Shown one piece after another: positions 53,551-64,000 of a stretch of 64,000 nt of DNA. The position numbers were made by a program, and so were the translations under genes. Position 1 is the stretch's first letter. Each line of letters opens with the position of its first letter. The notes beneath the pieces are model-generated. The model saw nothing but the letters and a program-made list of their open reading frames with translations, made no database searches and was not told the origin of the DNA. Source of the stretch: the human T2T-CHM13v2.0 reference genome, Homo sapiens; NCBI RefSeq assembly GCF_009914755.1, contig NC_060925.1; one strand, written 5' to 3'.

Positions 53551-56281
53551 ACAGTGAAGTGGGGAAGCTGTGAGAAGTGCACTGTGGAGTCCTCAGCAGA
53601 TACGCATGGTACATGTCACCAAGGGTGGCATCTGGTTTGAGTGCCACACTCTCCCCAAAACAACTGCACAGCTTCTGCCCTTCCTCTCCCCTCTGCAGCC
53701 TTGCTCTCCATCAAGGCCCAATGCAAGCACCCCCTACTCTCTCACACCTTCCCTGATTTCTAGAGCTGGACAGGTTCACCCCCTCCTGAGCATAAAACAG
53801 CCCTTTCCTTACCTCTTTCCTTGTTCTGATTATTTTCATATGTTTCTTTTGTATCACTGTTTTGCGAGGCCAGGGAGAGATGGGACAGGTCCCCCCTCCA
53901 TGTCCGCACAAGTGTTTAATAAGTATTTGCTTATTTATCTTCTGTTTCCCCTCTCCTGTCTACTCCTCGCCTCCCCTAAATGCCTGCACATTCCAGCAAG
54001 AGGACAGGAAGTCTGGGGTTTCTCCGCCTCTCCACTCCACACTGGGTCTTGCCCACTCTGCCTGATAAAAGTCAGGGAACCATCTGGCCTCTCTGCCACC
54101 ACCTCAGTAACCTTGGCCAGCCTGTTTTGATCTCAGCCTCCCTTTCTCCACCCTATCTTGTGAATGCCTTCAACACTCAGCATCTTGACCACACACTTGG
54201 CTTTTGCTCTCACTCTGACTTGTACTTCCAAATTAGATCCCTAGAATAGCTCTGCTTTCCTTCCAGATCTTAAGGGGCTCCTGAAGGACAGAGGCCGCAT
54301 CACCTCTTTTTAAAAAAATTCCACCGATTGCAAGGTGTTACCTCCTTTGGAAACCCTTCTCTGACACCTCTGGCCTGGAAAATGGGTTAAGTTTCCCCTT
54401 TCTAGGGTTCTTTACCACCCTGAACATACCCAGATCACACTTTATCATGATTATCTCTTTACCTGCATGACTGTGTAGCCAGGATGAGTGATCTTTGAGT
54501 GCAGGCTCTTAGGTTTTTGTTTATCTATTTATAATAGATAGCAAAATAAAAATAGATCCGTTCATCTCTTCATCTAGCATTTTACACGTCTATCTTTAGC
54601 AAGCCTGTGATCAGTTTAAGGAGCCACAGCAAATGAAAAAGGCATGGTCCCATCCTCAAAGTTCACGGCCTTGTGTGTTGAATTGATTTTTGTCTCTTGC
54701 TACAAAGAAAATAGTAGCTCCTTCAGTCTTCATCTCCAGATTTCTCAGTGCTTTTCTGTTTTCTTGAAAAGCAGTAGAGCAGATAATTTCTAATTGTTGA
54801 GGAATCTGGTTCAAAATTTCAAGGCAAAACCGCCCCATTCATGAGAGAGAACATTCAAGTGACAGGGCCTTCACCATTGCACTGCCCTGCTAACAGGAGA
54901 CCTTGAGTTGTGGTCAAGTCAGCAGATTCTTTTAAATTTTGAAATACAGATCTTGCATAATGAATGGAGAAAGGGAGAAAGAATGGCTTGTGTGCCCTTT
55001 TGTGCTCCTTGAAGTTTACATTCTGGGAAAACATGAAACTGGAGTGTCAGCCTTGGTGGAACTGAGTTGGAATGCTGACTGGCACACAAAGGGATTCTGG
55101 TCCTGTTTAACCAAGATGTGACTTTAGAATACTGAGATTGTATGACTTTATGGATCCCCAGAGGAATAGAAATTCATGGGCCAGAATGACAAACTTTTAT
55201 TTTGAAAGCCACCTAGGCTCCACTTAGAGCCATCAAATGCTTGAGAATTTATTATGACTGGGCAAGCCACTGCCTAAGAGTCAGGCCAGGGTAGTGAAAA
55301 TACACACGGACTTTGTCTTTGAATGACCTGAATGTGGCCTAGTTCTTCCTAGCACAGGGCTCTCTACCAGAGCTGAAAGCACAACTGTTGCATTTGCATG
55401 ACATAGAAGCAGCCAAAAGCTTCCACAGTGAGGATCATGTGTCGTGTTGATGCTGAGGCATCTCCTGTGCATGGTACTGAAATCACAGAGATGACTTATG
55501 ATGTGTTCTGTTTGTGTTGGCCCAAAGCCCAAACCAGAAATGTATTTCAGGCTTGGCTTTCTAGATTCTATCTCCAGTCATGTAAAAGTTCATTACGTGG
55601 ACCCACTCATCCTGTCCTGCTATAGTTAAGGTCTGTCAGCATTTTTCAAAGGTTTATAATTCAACCACAAAGGAGAATGCAGTCTTTAGGCTGCAATGTG
55701 ACCTATAAAGCTTAAGCCCCGGGGTCAGAAACTTTGCTTTTTTGTTGTTGTTTTTAAGTTAGGCCCTTACTAAGTTATAGTGAAGCAAAGTAATAGCTGG
55801 TGGTTTTGTTATTATTATTTGGTTTGGTTTTACAGGGATGGGAAAAGCTTCAAGTGACTTCTTGGAATGTAGATGTACCCTAAACCTAAAGAGTTGTTAG
55901 GACTATAGATTTACTTATCATCCTAGCATTCAGCTAAAGATGGGGGTTTAGTTTTTAAAAATTTAGCATTTTAAAATTGGGATGGATGAGGCTGAGAAAG
56001 TTAGAAACAAGATTGGGAATATTTCACCAAAACTCAAGGACCAATTCTCAAGCCAGAAACTTTGTATTCAAAATTCTAGTTAAAAGACTTTGGTCATATT
56101 ATATAAAAATCAAGTCATTTCCCTGATGGTTAAGTTTGTTTCTGCTCATAAATTCTAAGTATTCCCACTTAGAAATTTAAGTGAAAAGTGCACATATGAT
56201 AAATATAAAGTAACAAAATGATACCTTCTCATAATAAAAACACTTGAAAATTTGAGGTAAAATAGATACAAAAATACACTT

Positions 56282-56634
56282 TCTATGTCTGTTCAGCTGC
56301 TATAATAAACTACCATAGACTGGGTGGCTTATAAAACAACAGAAACTTATTTCTTACAGTTCTGGAGGCTGGAAGTTCAAGATCAGGACACCAGCATGGT
56401 CAGGTTCTCCCTGTTGAGGGCTCATTTCCTGGTTCACAGACAGCTGTCTTCTCATTGTGTCCTCACATGGTAGGAGAGGCAGGGGATGTCCCTGGGGTCT
56501 ATTTTATAAGGGGACTAATCCCATTCGTGAAGGTACCATCCTCATGACCTAATCACTTCCCAAGGCCCCACCTCTTCACCCTGAGCATTCAACATATACA
56601 TTTTAGGGGGCCACAAACATTCAGACCATATATC
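56282..56634 (-). mobile_element. MST(C/D)/MLT1A-type MaLR LTR
   Basis: GCTGCTATAATAAACTACCATAGACTGGGTGGCTTA…CTCATGACCTAATCACTTCCC…CACAAACATTCAGACCATA. Confidence 0.88.
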
Positions 56635-58089
56635 CACAAAAGCTTATAATCAGCAAAAGGTCTCTTAGAGTAACCTAATTTGTGGTTACTAAGGATCCCA
56701 TTAAATAACCTGCTCCTGGGGTAAAAATAAAGACTGGTAAAAATCATAGCACCTTTGGTGTGGGAAGGAGGTTTTATCTGGATGGTCTCAAGTCAATTAA
56801 TAGTGGGAAAAGTTCTTAATGACAGTATGTTATAAAATGCAGATTGGCAGTAGGGACAGGAGAAGAGTGTCAATGGAACTGAGTTCCAGTCCAACCTGTG
56901 TACAGTCTAGCTATGCTAAGACCTCTATAAACCTTGGTATCTTCCTTAAAATGGGGCTGGAAAATCCTATGTATATATACAGGGTTCTGGTGATGACAAA
57001 ATGCAATAATACATGTAAAATGCCTGATAGAATCAGTGCCTAATATATGTTTTTCCCTTCTTCTCCCACCTTTATTAATTATACCTGAGACATAAAACAA
57101 TCTAAATGCTGGAGACCAGCCACTCTAATTTGGTAGAGATCTTTTCTTAAAAGGAAAAAGTAGTTTCCCTGAGCTTTTAAGAGTGCATTTACATACAATT
57201 TGTCTATTTGTAAAAAAGACCTATTCATTAAAATAAGCCTCTAAGTAGCAAAGTGCAAGTTTTCTTAAACTCCTTTGAGTGGCACCACATGCTAACTGGG
57301 CTTCCTAAGGAAAGAACTATAAAGGTGGCTGTCTTTCCCCATTAACCCTGATTTATAGGGGGTTTTGCTCTAAGTGCATATTTGCAGAACCATTCTTAAT
57401 GTGTGTGTGTTCTCTCCCCAAAAAGGAGGCACATTATTGGCCATTTGTTGTCTTTGGTCCAGTGGATACTCTTTAAACCCACTCTTACTACTCTGTAGTC
57501 AATAGCCCAAGCTCAGCTTGATGCATTAGTCCTTGTGTTTTCAAGAAAATGTGTTCGGCCAGCACCCAGCCCAGCACAGCACTTCTTTTCTTTTCACTTT
57601 TAACCATCATATCCCCTGGTTTCCAGCAGGTTCATTCACCCAGAAAATGTTTATCTTCATTGTGCCACCTCGGTACTTAACCTGGGGCAGAGGTTTGGAT
57701 ACTGGGGAGTGCAAGAGGAAGGGTTGGGTTGGAGGTGCGGTTTCACTCTTTATCAGTTATGTGACCTTAGGCAACACACTTAATGTCTCAGCATTGGTTT
57801 CTTCTTGTAAACAAGGGATTGTAGTGGAGAATACTCCTGAGGATTTTTGAGGAATAAGTTAATTACAGGGTTTAACAGGAAGCCAGGCAAGAATCAGGGG
57901 TCAGGAAATGGTAGTGATAGTTACTGTAGCCAGGTGTTCTCTTATTCACTACACAGGAGAATCATTTGGAGAAGGGCTTTTAAAAATGCTCATGTCTGGA
58001 TTCCATCCTCGAACAATTAAATTAGAATCTCTAAGGGTGGGACCCAGGTATCAGTATTTTTTTCTGGAATACTTTTGATATTCCAGAGA

Positions 58090-58250
58090 TGGATTAAATC
58101 CTTTAACCCCCACAACATCCCTAATGGGTAGGTATCATTATTAGCCCATTTCACATTTGAGGAAACTGAGGCTTAGAGAGGTTAAATCACAGCAAGTAAA
58201 AGGTGATGCTCAGATATGAAGCCAAGCAGTCTGGCTCCAGAGCCCATGCT
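58090..58250 (-). mobile_element. MIR
   Basis: CCCATTTCACATTTGAGGAAACTGAGGCTTAGAGAGGTTAA…TCTGGCTCCAGAGCCC. Confidence 0.8.
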
Positions 58251-58429
58251 CTTGGTTGGTGTGACGCAGTCTATTATTATAAGCAGTGCCTCCAGTGAGA
58301 TGTCCGGTGAGAACTAAGATCCAGCAGGTGGGGTCATCCGATGGTTTCGGTCCCTTCATACCTTCAGGTTACCCACCTCCTGCTTTTACCTTCAGCTCTG
58401 TGTGTTCAGGACTTCCCAGCAGCCCTGTA

Positions 58430-58660
58430 TCAGATAATGAACTGTGGTTATTCAGAAGTCCCCCGCTATTTTCGGCTGATTTTATTAAACTCAGCTTGTG
58501 GCTTGAACTCAAGAATGTGCAAGCTGATTTAGATTATGCTTTGCATTGAGTTTATTAAGATAAAAAATATTTCCCGAGATAGTGAGTCAGAAGTATTTAT
58601 GGTGAAGTGTGCTGAAAGTGAATGCAGGTTGATAGCGTGAACAGAATGTTCTCTCCAAGT
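58430..58660. promoter_or_regulatory. Candidate intronic enhancer (GRE-like palindrome, AP-1, RUNX, GATA, HOX/CDX motifs)
   Basis: TGAACAgaaTGTTCT 58638-52; TGAGTCA 58583-89; TGTGGTT 58443-49; AGATAA 58432-37; TTTATGG 58596-602, all in non-repeat sequence. Motif-based only. Confidence 0.4.
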
Positions 58661-59509
58661 CAAATGCGATGACCTAACTGTGTTTGGCAGCCTTCCTTTA
58701 TGTTTAGCTAAGCATTTCATTTCATGTTGGGAACCTCCTCCCTCTTCTGAAAAGCATCAGTCATGTGGGAGGCTAGGATTTTGGCATGTGCCTCTTTTGA
58801 TACCAAGACCCAGGCCCTAAACCTAATTGTGACTGGCTCCTTGGCTGACTGGCTGGGTTGCCATGGCAATGGACTGCTCAACTCTTTATATCTCAGTTTC
58901 TCTCACCTGTCAAAATGGGAATATAACACTTGGCCCCACCTTCCTCCCTGAGGAGAGATGGGGGCACTTTGAAAATTAAGTAATAAATGTTGGGAAGGAT
59001 TTGTGGATTTGTGGATGTGACATCTTGTCAAGTGGGTAAATAATAAATGGGGTGTCTCCAAAGCTAATTTGCCTAAAATTCACTTGAGCCTTCCATTTAC
59101 TTCATCAACCAGCGTTTATTAAATGCCTATGAAGTTCACAATAACACATGAAGTGCTGAGGGGAATACAAAAAATGTAAAAAGGAGGAAATAGAGTCTCA
59201 ATTCCCAGAGAGGTCATAAACTAACTTTTTTCTTGCAGTTTGCTTTTTCTGGTTCATTAAGCCTCAGTACAGACCATGCCTGCACTGTATTTAAAAAGCT
59301 CATTCTCAATGATGACTTCCAGTTACGTCATAAGCAACTAGTGGTGATTTAGTTGTTTTCAGTACCAGTGGGTATTGTCACATGCTTGATGGACTCATAA
59401 AAAGGCAAGAATATTTTTTAGTTCAGGTTATGAGTGGTGCAAAGGACAATGAAAGACTACAGGTTGGATTGATTGGGAATCTGATTGCATCAGAACATAA
59501 TATGGTCTC

Positions 59510-59745
59510 TGCTGTTCAAAGGCGTGGGTTTGGGTCCTGGCTCTGCCGCTTTCTGGCTGTGTGACTTTGGGAAATTCCTTAACTTCTCTGTGTCTCAGTT
59601 TCCTTATCTCTAAAATGTGGTCAGTTTTAGAGTCTACCTCATAGGATTGTTGTCAAGTTTAAATTAAAGTGTGTAAGATGCTCAGAATAGTGCCTGGCAT
59701 TTTGTAAATGCTCAGAAAAATGTTAGCTATGATCATCACTTTCCA
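59510..59745 (+). mobile_element. MIR (well preserved)
   Basis: GGCTGTGTGACTTTGGGAAATTCCTTAACTTCTCTGTGTCTCAGTTTCCTTATCTCTAAAATG…AGAATAGTGCCTGGCA. Confidence 0.88.
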
Positions 59746-60214
59746 TTGTTAATGGGAGAAGATGGTGGCACTAAAAGGATACTGGCATTTCATTTTCCTA
59801 CATTGTAAAGGTAACAAATCCTTTTTAATTCAGAGTCCTAAACTTTTGCCCAGATCTGACACAATCGCTTGGGATTGCCCCAAAGCCCCAAACTGCTTGT
59901 TCGGAAATAGAAAACATGCCATCCAAGCCACTCTGCTCTCTGACTCATACCGTTCAGGGCCTGAGCTAACCCATTTTGTTCTGAAAGCCTTACACCAGTC
60001 TAGGACCCTGAGGGCTGGGAAAGGGCAGCTATGGAGTGTGATGGAAACAGCGCTGGGCTTGGTGTCCAAATCCTGGCTTTGCCTTTTATTAGCTGTGAAC
60101 TCTGGGATAGGCTGTTAAGTCCTCTGAACTGCGGTTTACCCATCCTAATTGTGCAAAAGCAATGGTGGGTGAAACTGCTCAAACAAATTCAGACAATGGC
60201 ACCAACGGTACCAA

Positions 60215-61326
60215 ACTAGTGGTCACTGTACATTCCACTGCCATATACTTGTAGTTGAAAAGAAAAAAAAAGCCAATTGCACTTAAGAATATCTTCCATG
60301 GAGCAGTAAAAATTATTAATTGTATTAAATCTTGACCCTTGAATACATAGATTTTTAATATTTCATATGGCAGATGGGCAGTATACGTAAAGTACTCCTG
60401 CCAAGTACTATGACTGTCTCAAAGAAAAGCATTTGAGTTCTGAGCTGAACTAGCCACTTTTACTTTAAAGAATGACCGACAGAAAAATTATGGTTAGTTA
60501 TTCTTGAATATTCTTTAAAATGAGGAAAATGAACCTGCCGCTTGAAGGAAACAGTAGTATTAATTGCCAATAATAAAATTTGAACTTTCCAGAAAAAGTT
60601 AGAATTTTGCGAAACTTTTAGCCACCATCACGAGCTTGACAACTTCTTCCCAATCATAACTGATGGCACTGGTGGTGATATTAATGCATTTGAATTTTCT
60701 ATATTAGATAAGTAAGGGTGTCCACATTTTGAAAACGAACGTAACTCAGTAAACCAGTGTTCTCTAAACAGGCAATGCATGATGTTACAAAATCGTATGT
60801 AGGTAGAATAACCATTCAAAGTACAAGATAAATCAATCCATTATAATTTAATAGATTATGAAAAGTTTATTGATATGATTTCAGATTTCACATTGCAACC
60901 AACGTTTAAGAAACTACCACCTATCGAATTTTGGTGTAGTATCAAAGAAGAATATCCTAAATTATCTGAAAGACTATTAAAAACCCTTCCCTTTTCCAAC
61001 TGTGCGAAGCCAGATTTTCTTCAACTAAAACAACATACCTCAACAGATTGAATGCTGAAACAGGAGGCTTCAGCTGTCTGGTTTTAAGACAATAATAGAT
61101 ATTCAATAATAAAAAAAAATGCCACTTTTCTCACTATTTTTGGTATATGCGTGTGGAAAATATTATTTTACTAAATATTTTATTAAAATATTTATGTTAA
61201 GCAATGGGATTGTTTTTATTTTTAAATAGGTTAATAAACAAATATTTTAAAACTTTCTCCCCTCAGTGGCATCAATATTTTAAGGATTATCTAGGAGTCC
61301 TGAGACCAAAGAATTTGAGAACTTCT
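60215..61326 (+). mobile_element. Charlie1-type hAT DNA transposon, decayed transposase 3' part
   Basis: Frameshifted hAT dimerisation-domain coding (TTTTGGTGTAGTATCAAAGAAGAATATCC = FWCSIKEEYP; AACAGATTGAATGCTGAA = NRLNAE) and the Charlie1 3' end GTCCTGAGACCAAAGAATTTGAGAAC. Confidence 0.85.
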
Positions 61327-62480
61327 ATCCTACAGCATGGACTCTGGAGCCAAAATAATTTGTTTAAAATCTCACTTCTACTTACTGTCTGTGTGATCTT
61401 GGACAACTTTCTTACCCTCTCTGTGCCTTACCCTCTCTGTTTTCCATGTGTAAAATGTTCATAACAATAACTGTCATGATGATAAATACCATTTAGGTGT
61501 TAGGTATTACCACCATCATTATGAAATCATTATTGTTGTCAGTGTCATCATCATCATTATTACTAGTATTAGCACTGGAAGGCATCATTTGTTCAGGGAC
61601 ACAGAGCTAGAGGTGGATTCAGTGGGACTGGAACTTTTCCCTTAAGCCAGACTATACCCTACCTCCCACTTACCATCTGCCATCTTGACATTTGCAGTCT
61701 AGGGAAGAAGGGAAAAAAAGATGAGAAATCTTCCATAGCTCAAGCACATATCATCAGAGCTACTGAATCAAACCATTGAAAAAGGTACAAACAGCCAGGT
61801 TTACACATAAAAGCCAGATTGCTTTGTCTGGCATTCAAGCTCACTGGACACCTGCTGCCTGTCATCCAGTTGTTCTGCAGCTGCCCATATAGAAACACAA
61901 ACTGTCTCAGAAGAAGCAGACCCAACCCCAAAGGCCCAGATTATGAATCCAAAGCCCGGGGAGGTGAAGTGATGGTCTGACACACATCGCTAGAGAGTGG
62001 CAGAACTGCTACTTGAGTCTAGTGTGAATTCCCTCTGGACTGGACACCTTTGCTGGGATGCCCAGGTGTTCTCGTTCTGCTTACTAAGTAAGCAGCTACA
62101 GATGGCCAACAAATTTGAAACTTCTTCTTCGTCAGTGAAAAGGTAAAACCAAATTCCCTGTTTGTGGCAAGGCTCCTTTGTTCAGTAAACACAAAGATCT
62201 ATTTACATTTCTTTTGTTCTCTCTGGAAACACACTGCTTGGGTCATCTACTACACTGATTTCAAGGTGCCCTGCAACCCTCATGTTGTTTTTAGATAGAT
62301 ATTTTATAGAGCAGATCAGGTGAGGTGCCTGGCCTCTGGAGGGAAACCAGAAAGAACATCAGCCAGCACCCATGGCTAAAGCTTAGGCCCATTAACCAGA
62401 CAGTCTTGGCTGAAGTTAGGGGAAGAGCACAACCCTGTGGGTATATGTGTGTCCACGGCCCACCTTGGTTTAGGGAGATA

Positions 62481-62544
62481 TTCCAACTCTCCATGGGTCT
62501 CATGGTACCAAATCTCAGCCCTCAATGGGTCTCATGGTACCAAA
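62481..62544. repeat. 32-bp tandem duplication (last 20 bp identical)
   Basis: ATGGGTCTCATGGTACCAAA at 62493-512 and 62525-544. Confidence 0.9.
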
Positions 62545-63049
62545 GCAGACTGGTGGAGTGAAAAGATTTGGGCTTGGCAGCCAGAGAGATGTAAATTGGA
62601 CCTCAGTTCTGCCACAAGGCCTCCGGCAAGTCACTAAACCACTCTGATCCTAGGTTTCCTCATTGTAAAACAGTGATAATGACTTCTCCCTTGCAAAGTT
62701 AGCATACAGGTGAATACTAAAGTAAAGCCCTAGCATATAGTAGGATTTCAAAATAGTCCATTATTGGTCCAGAACTGGCCAGCTGCCTCAAATGGACTTT
62801 CTTTAGGTGCTTGGCTGAGCCTGAGGATTAAAGGCCATTAGTGATGGAAGCTTTGGGCAGTTTCCTGAGTAACCATGGGGCAAGTCTGCTAATCTCTGAG
62901 ACATGACTTCCTCATCTGCACTGGAAATCATAGTAATTAATGTGCCTTTCTTACTTCTCTAGATTGTTAGAGGATAACAGGAGACAGAGGCTGTGAAAAC
63001 ATTTTGTCATGTGAAAAGTGGTATACAGAAGTTATTGTTATAAAAACAA

Positions 63050-63330
63050 TAGTAACAACATTAATTAACATTTTTGAGTGCTTACTTTTTGCCAAACACT
63101 GGTTGAAGTGCTTCCCAGATGTCACTCACTTTCATTTTAATCCTCTTCTAACAGTTCCCTCAGATGGAGCCCTGTTTATTATTTTGGTTTTTCCGTTGGT
63201 TAAACTGAGGTACAAAGAGGTTAAGTAACTTGCCCAAAGTCACACAGATAGGCAAGGGGCTGACCTGAATTCAAACCCAGCCAATCAAATTCCAGAACCT
63301 GTCCAATGCAGTATTAATCACTATGCTTAT
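63050..63330 (-). mobile_element. MIR
   Basis: AAACTGAGGTACAAAGAGGTTAAGTAACTTGCCCAAAGTCACACAG. Confidence 0.85.
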
Positions 63331-63974
63331 AGTGGCATTGTTATGTGATTGCTATCTCTAAGTTTCTCTCCACAAAGGGTACATAGTTATCTATTCTCAA
63401 TGAATGATATGGGGCTATAAAGGCATGATAATGGCTCCATAGAGCCATCTGCTAATTAGTCTCCCTCCTTTCTGGGCATACCTCAAACATCTTAGGAACA
63501 TATGTGCTTATATCCATGAGCAAACACATTCGTGGATTGAGTATAGATGTATATAGATTGGAGAAACATGCCCAAAGATAGAGATCAAAATATAAATGTT
63601 AGGAAGCAAAGCATTAGCAAGATCATTTATGGGCTCATGAATCTGTTGTGAAGGATAATTATTCATTGGCTTAAGTGAGATGGAAAGTGTCATTATGGTA
63701 ATGCAGTAGTCATGCTTAATCTGTTTCCTACTGCACATGTGATAAATGCCATTCATATGTGAGACACACTCCTGTGAGGCTGCCCAGACATTAACAATGT
63801 TCCTTCTGAATTTGGGGGGACGGAAATTAAAGCAAATAATGAATCAATTATTTTTAGCATTTATGAACTCATTTTACAGACATTTGGGCAATTAAATTAC
63901 CCGGTTAAATAGCTCAGAAAAATGTTACTTTTCAATAAACTTCCATTAAATTCAACAAATTTGTGGCGTTCTAC

Positions 63975-64000
63975 CTGTGCTGTCCAGTACAGTAGCCACT
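63975..64000. mobile_element. Start of a MER3/MER33-type hAT MITE (runs off the window)
   Basis: CTGTGCTGTCCAGTACAGTAGCCACT resembles the terminus of these MITEs. Confidence 0.55.

Noticed and set aside
53570-54130. Longest ORF in the track (186 aa)
   Set aside because: Starts at GTG, has low-complexity Pro/Ser/Leu composition from pyrimidine-rich DNA, no recognisable domain and no splice context; consistent with a chance ORF.

Overview
Human (primate) genomic DNA lying inside the ROR1 receptor tyrosine kinase gene (chr1p31, + strand). The only protein-coding sequence I can support is the 72-nt ROR1 exon 2 (25076-25147; ETELSVSAELVPTSSWNISSELNK). Everything else is the 3' part of intron 1 and most of intron 2. 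The introns are rich in interspersed repeats: about 10 Alus plus a FLAM, L1 fragments of several ages, many MIR/L2 fossils, five THE1 solo LTRs, MLT1/MST LTRs, Tigger4b, MER5, MER33, Charlie1 and one piggyBac MER85. There is also a full-length U6 snRNA retrocopy fused to an L1MA 3' end. Apart from the exon-2 frame, the ORF track is noise. I see no evidence of a wholly new biological system. The best leads are regulatory: (i) sense THE1 LTRs with DUX4-type motifs and splice donors that could start signal-peptide-less ROR1 transcripts; (ii) a near-perfect glucocorticoid response element in an AP-1/RUNX/GATA motif cluster; (iii) a MER85 that keeps most of the CSB-PGBD3 palindrome; (iv) a candidate poison exon in intron 1; (v) the weak, G-run-flanked donor of exon 2. 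Repeat subfamily names and the boundaries of old repeats were assigned by eye and are approximate.
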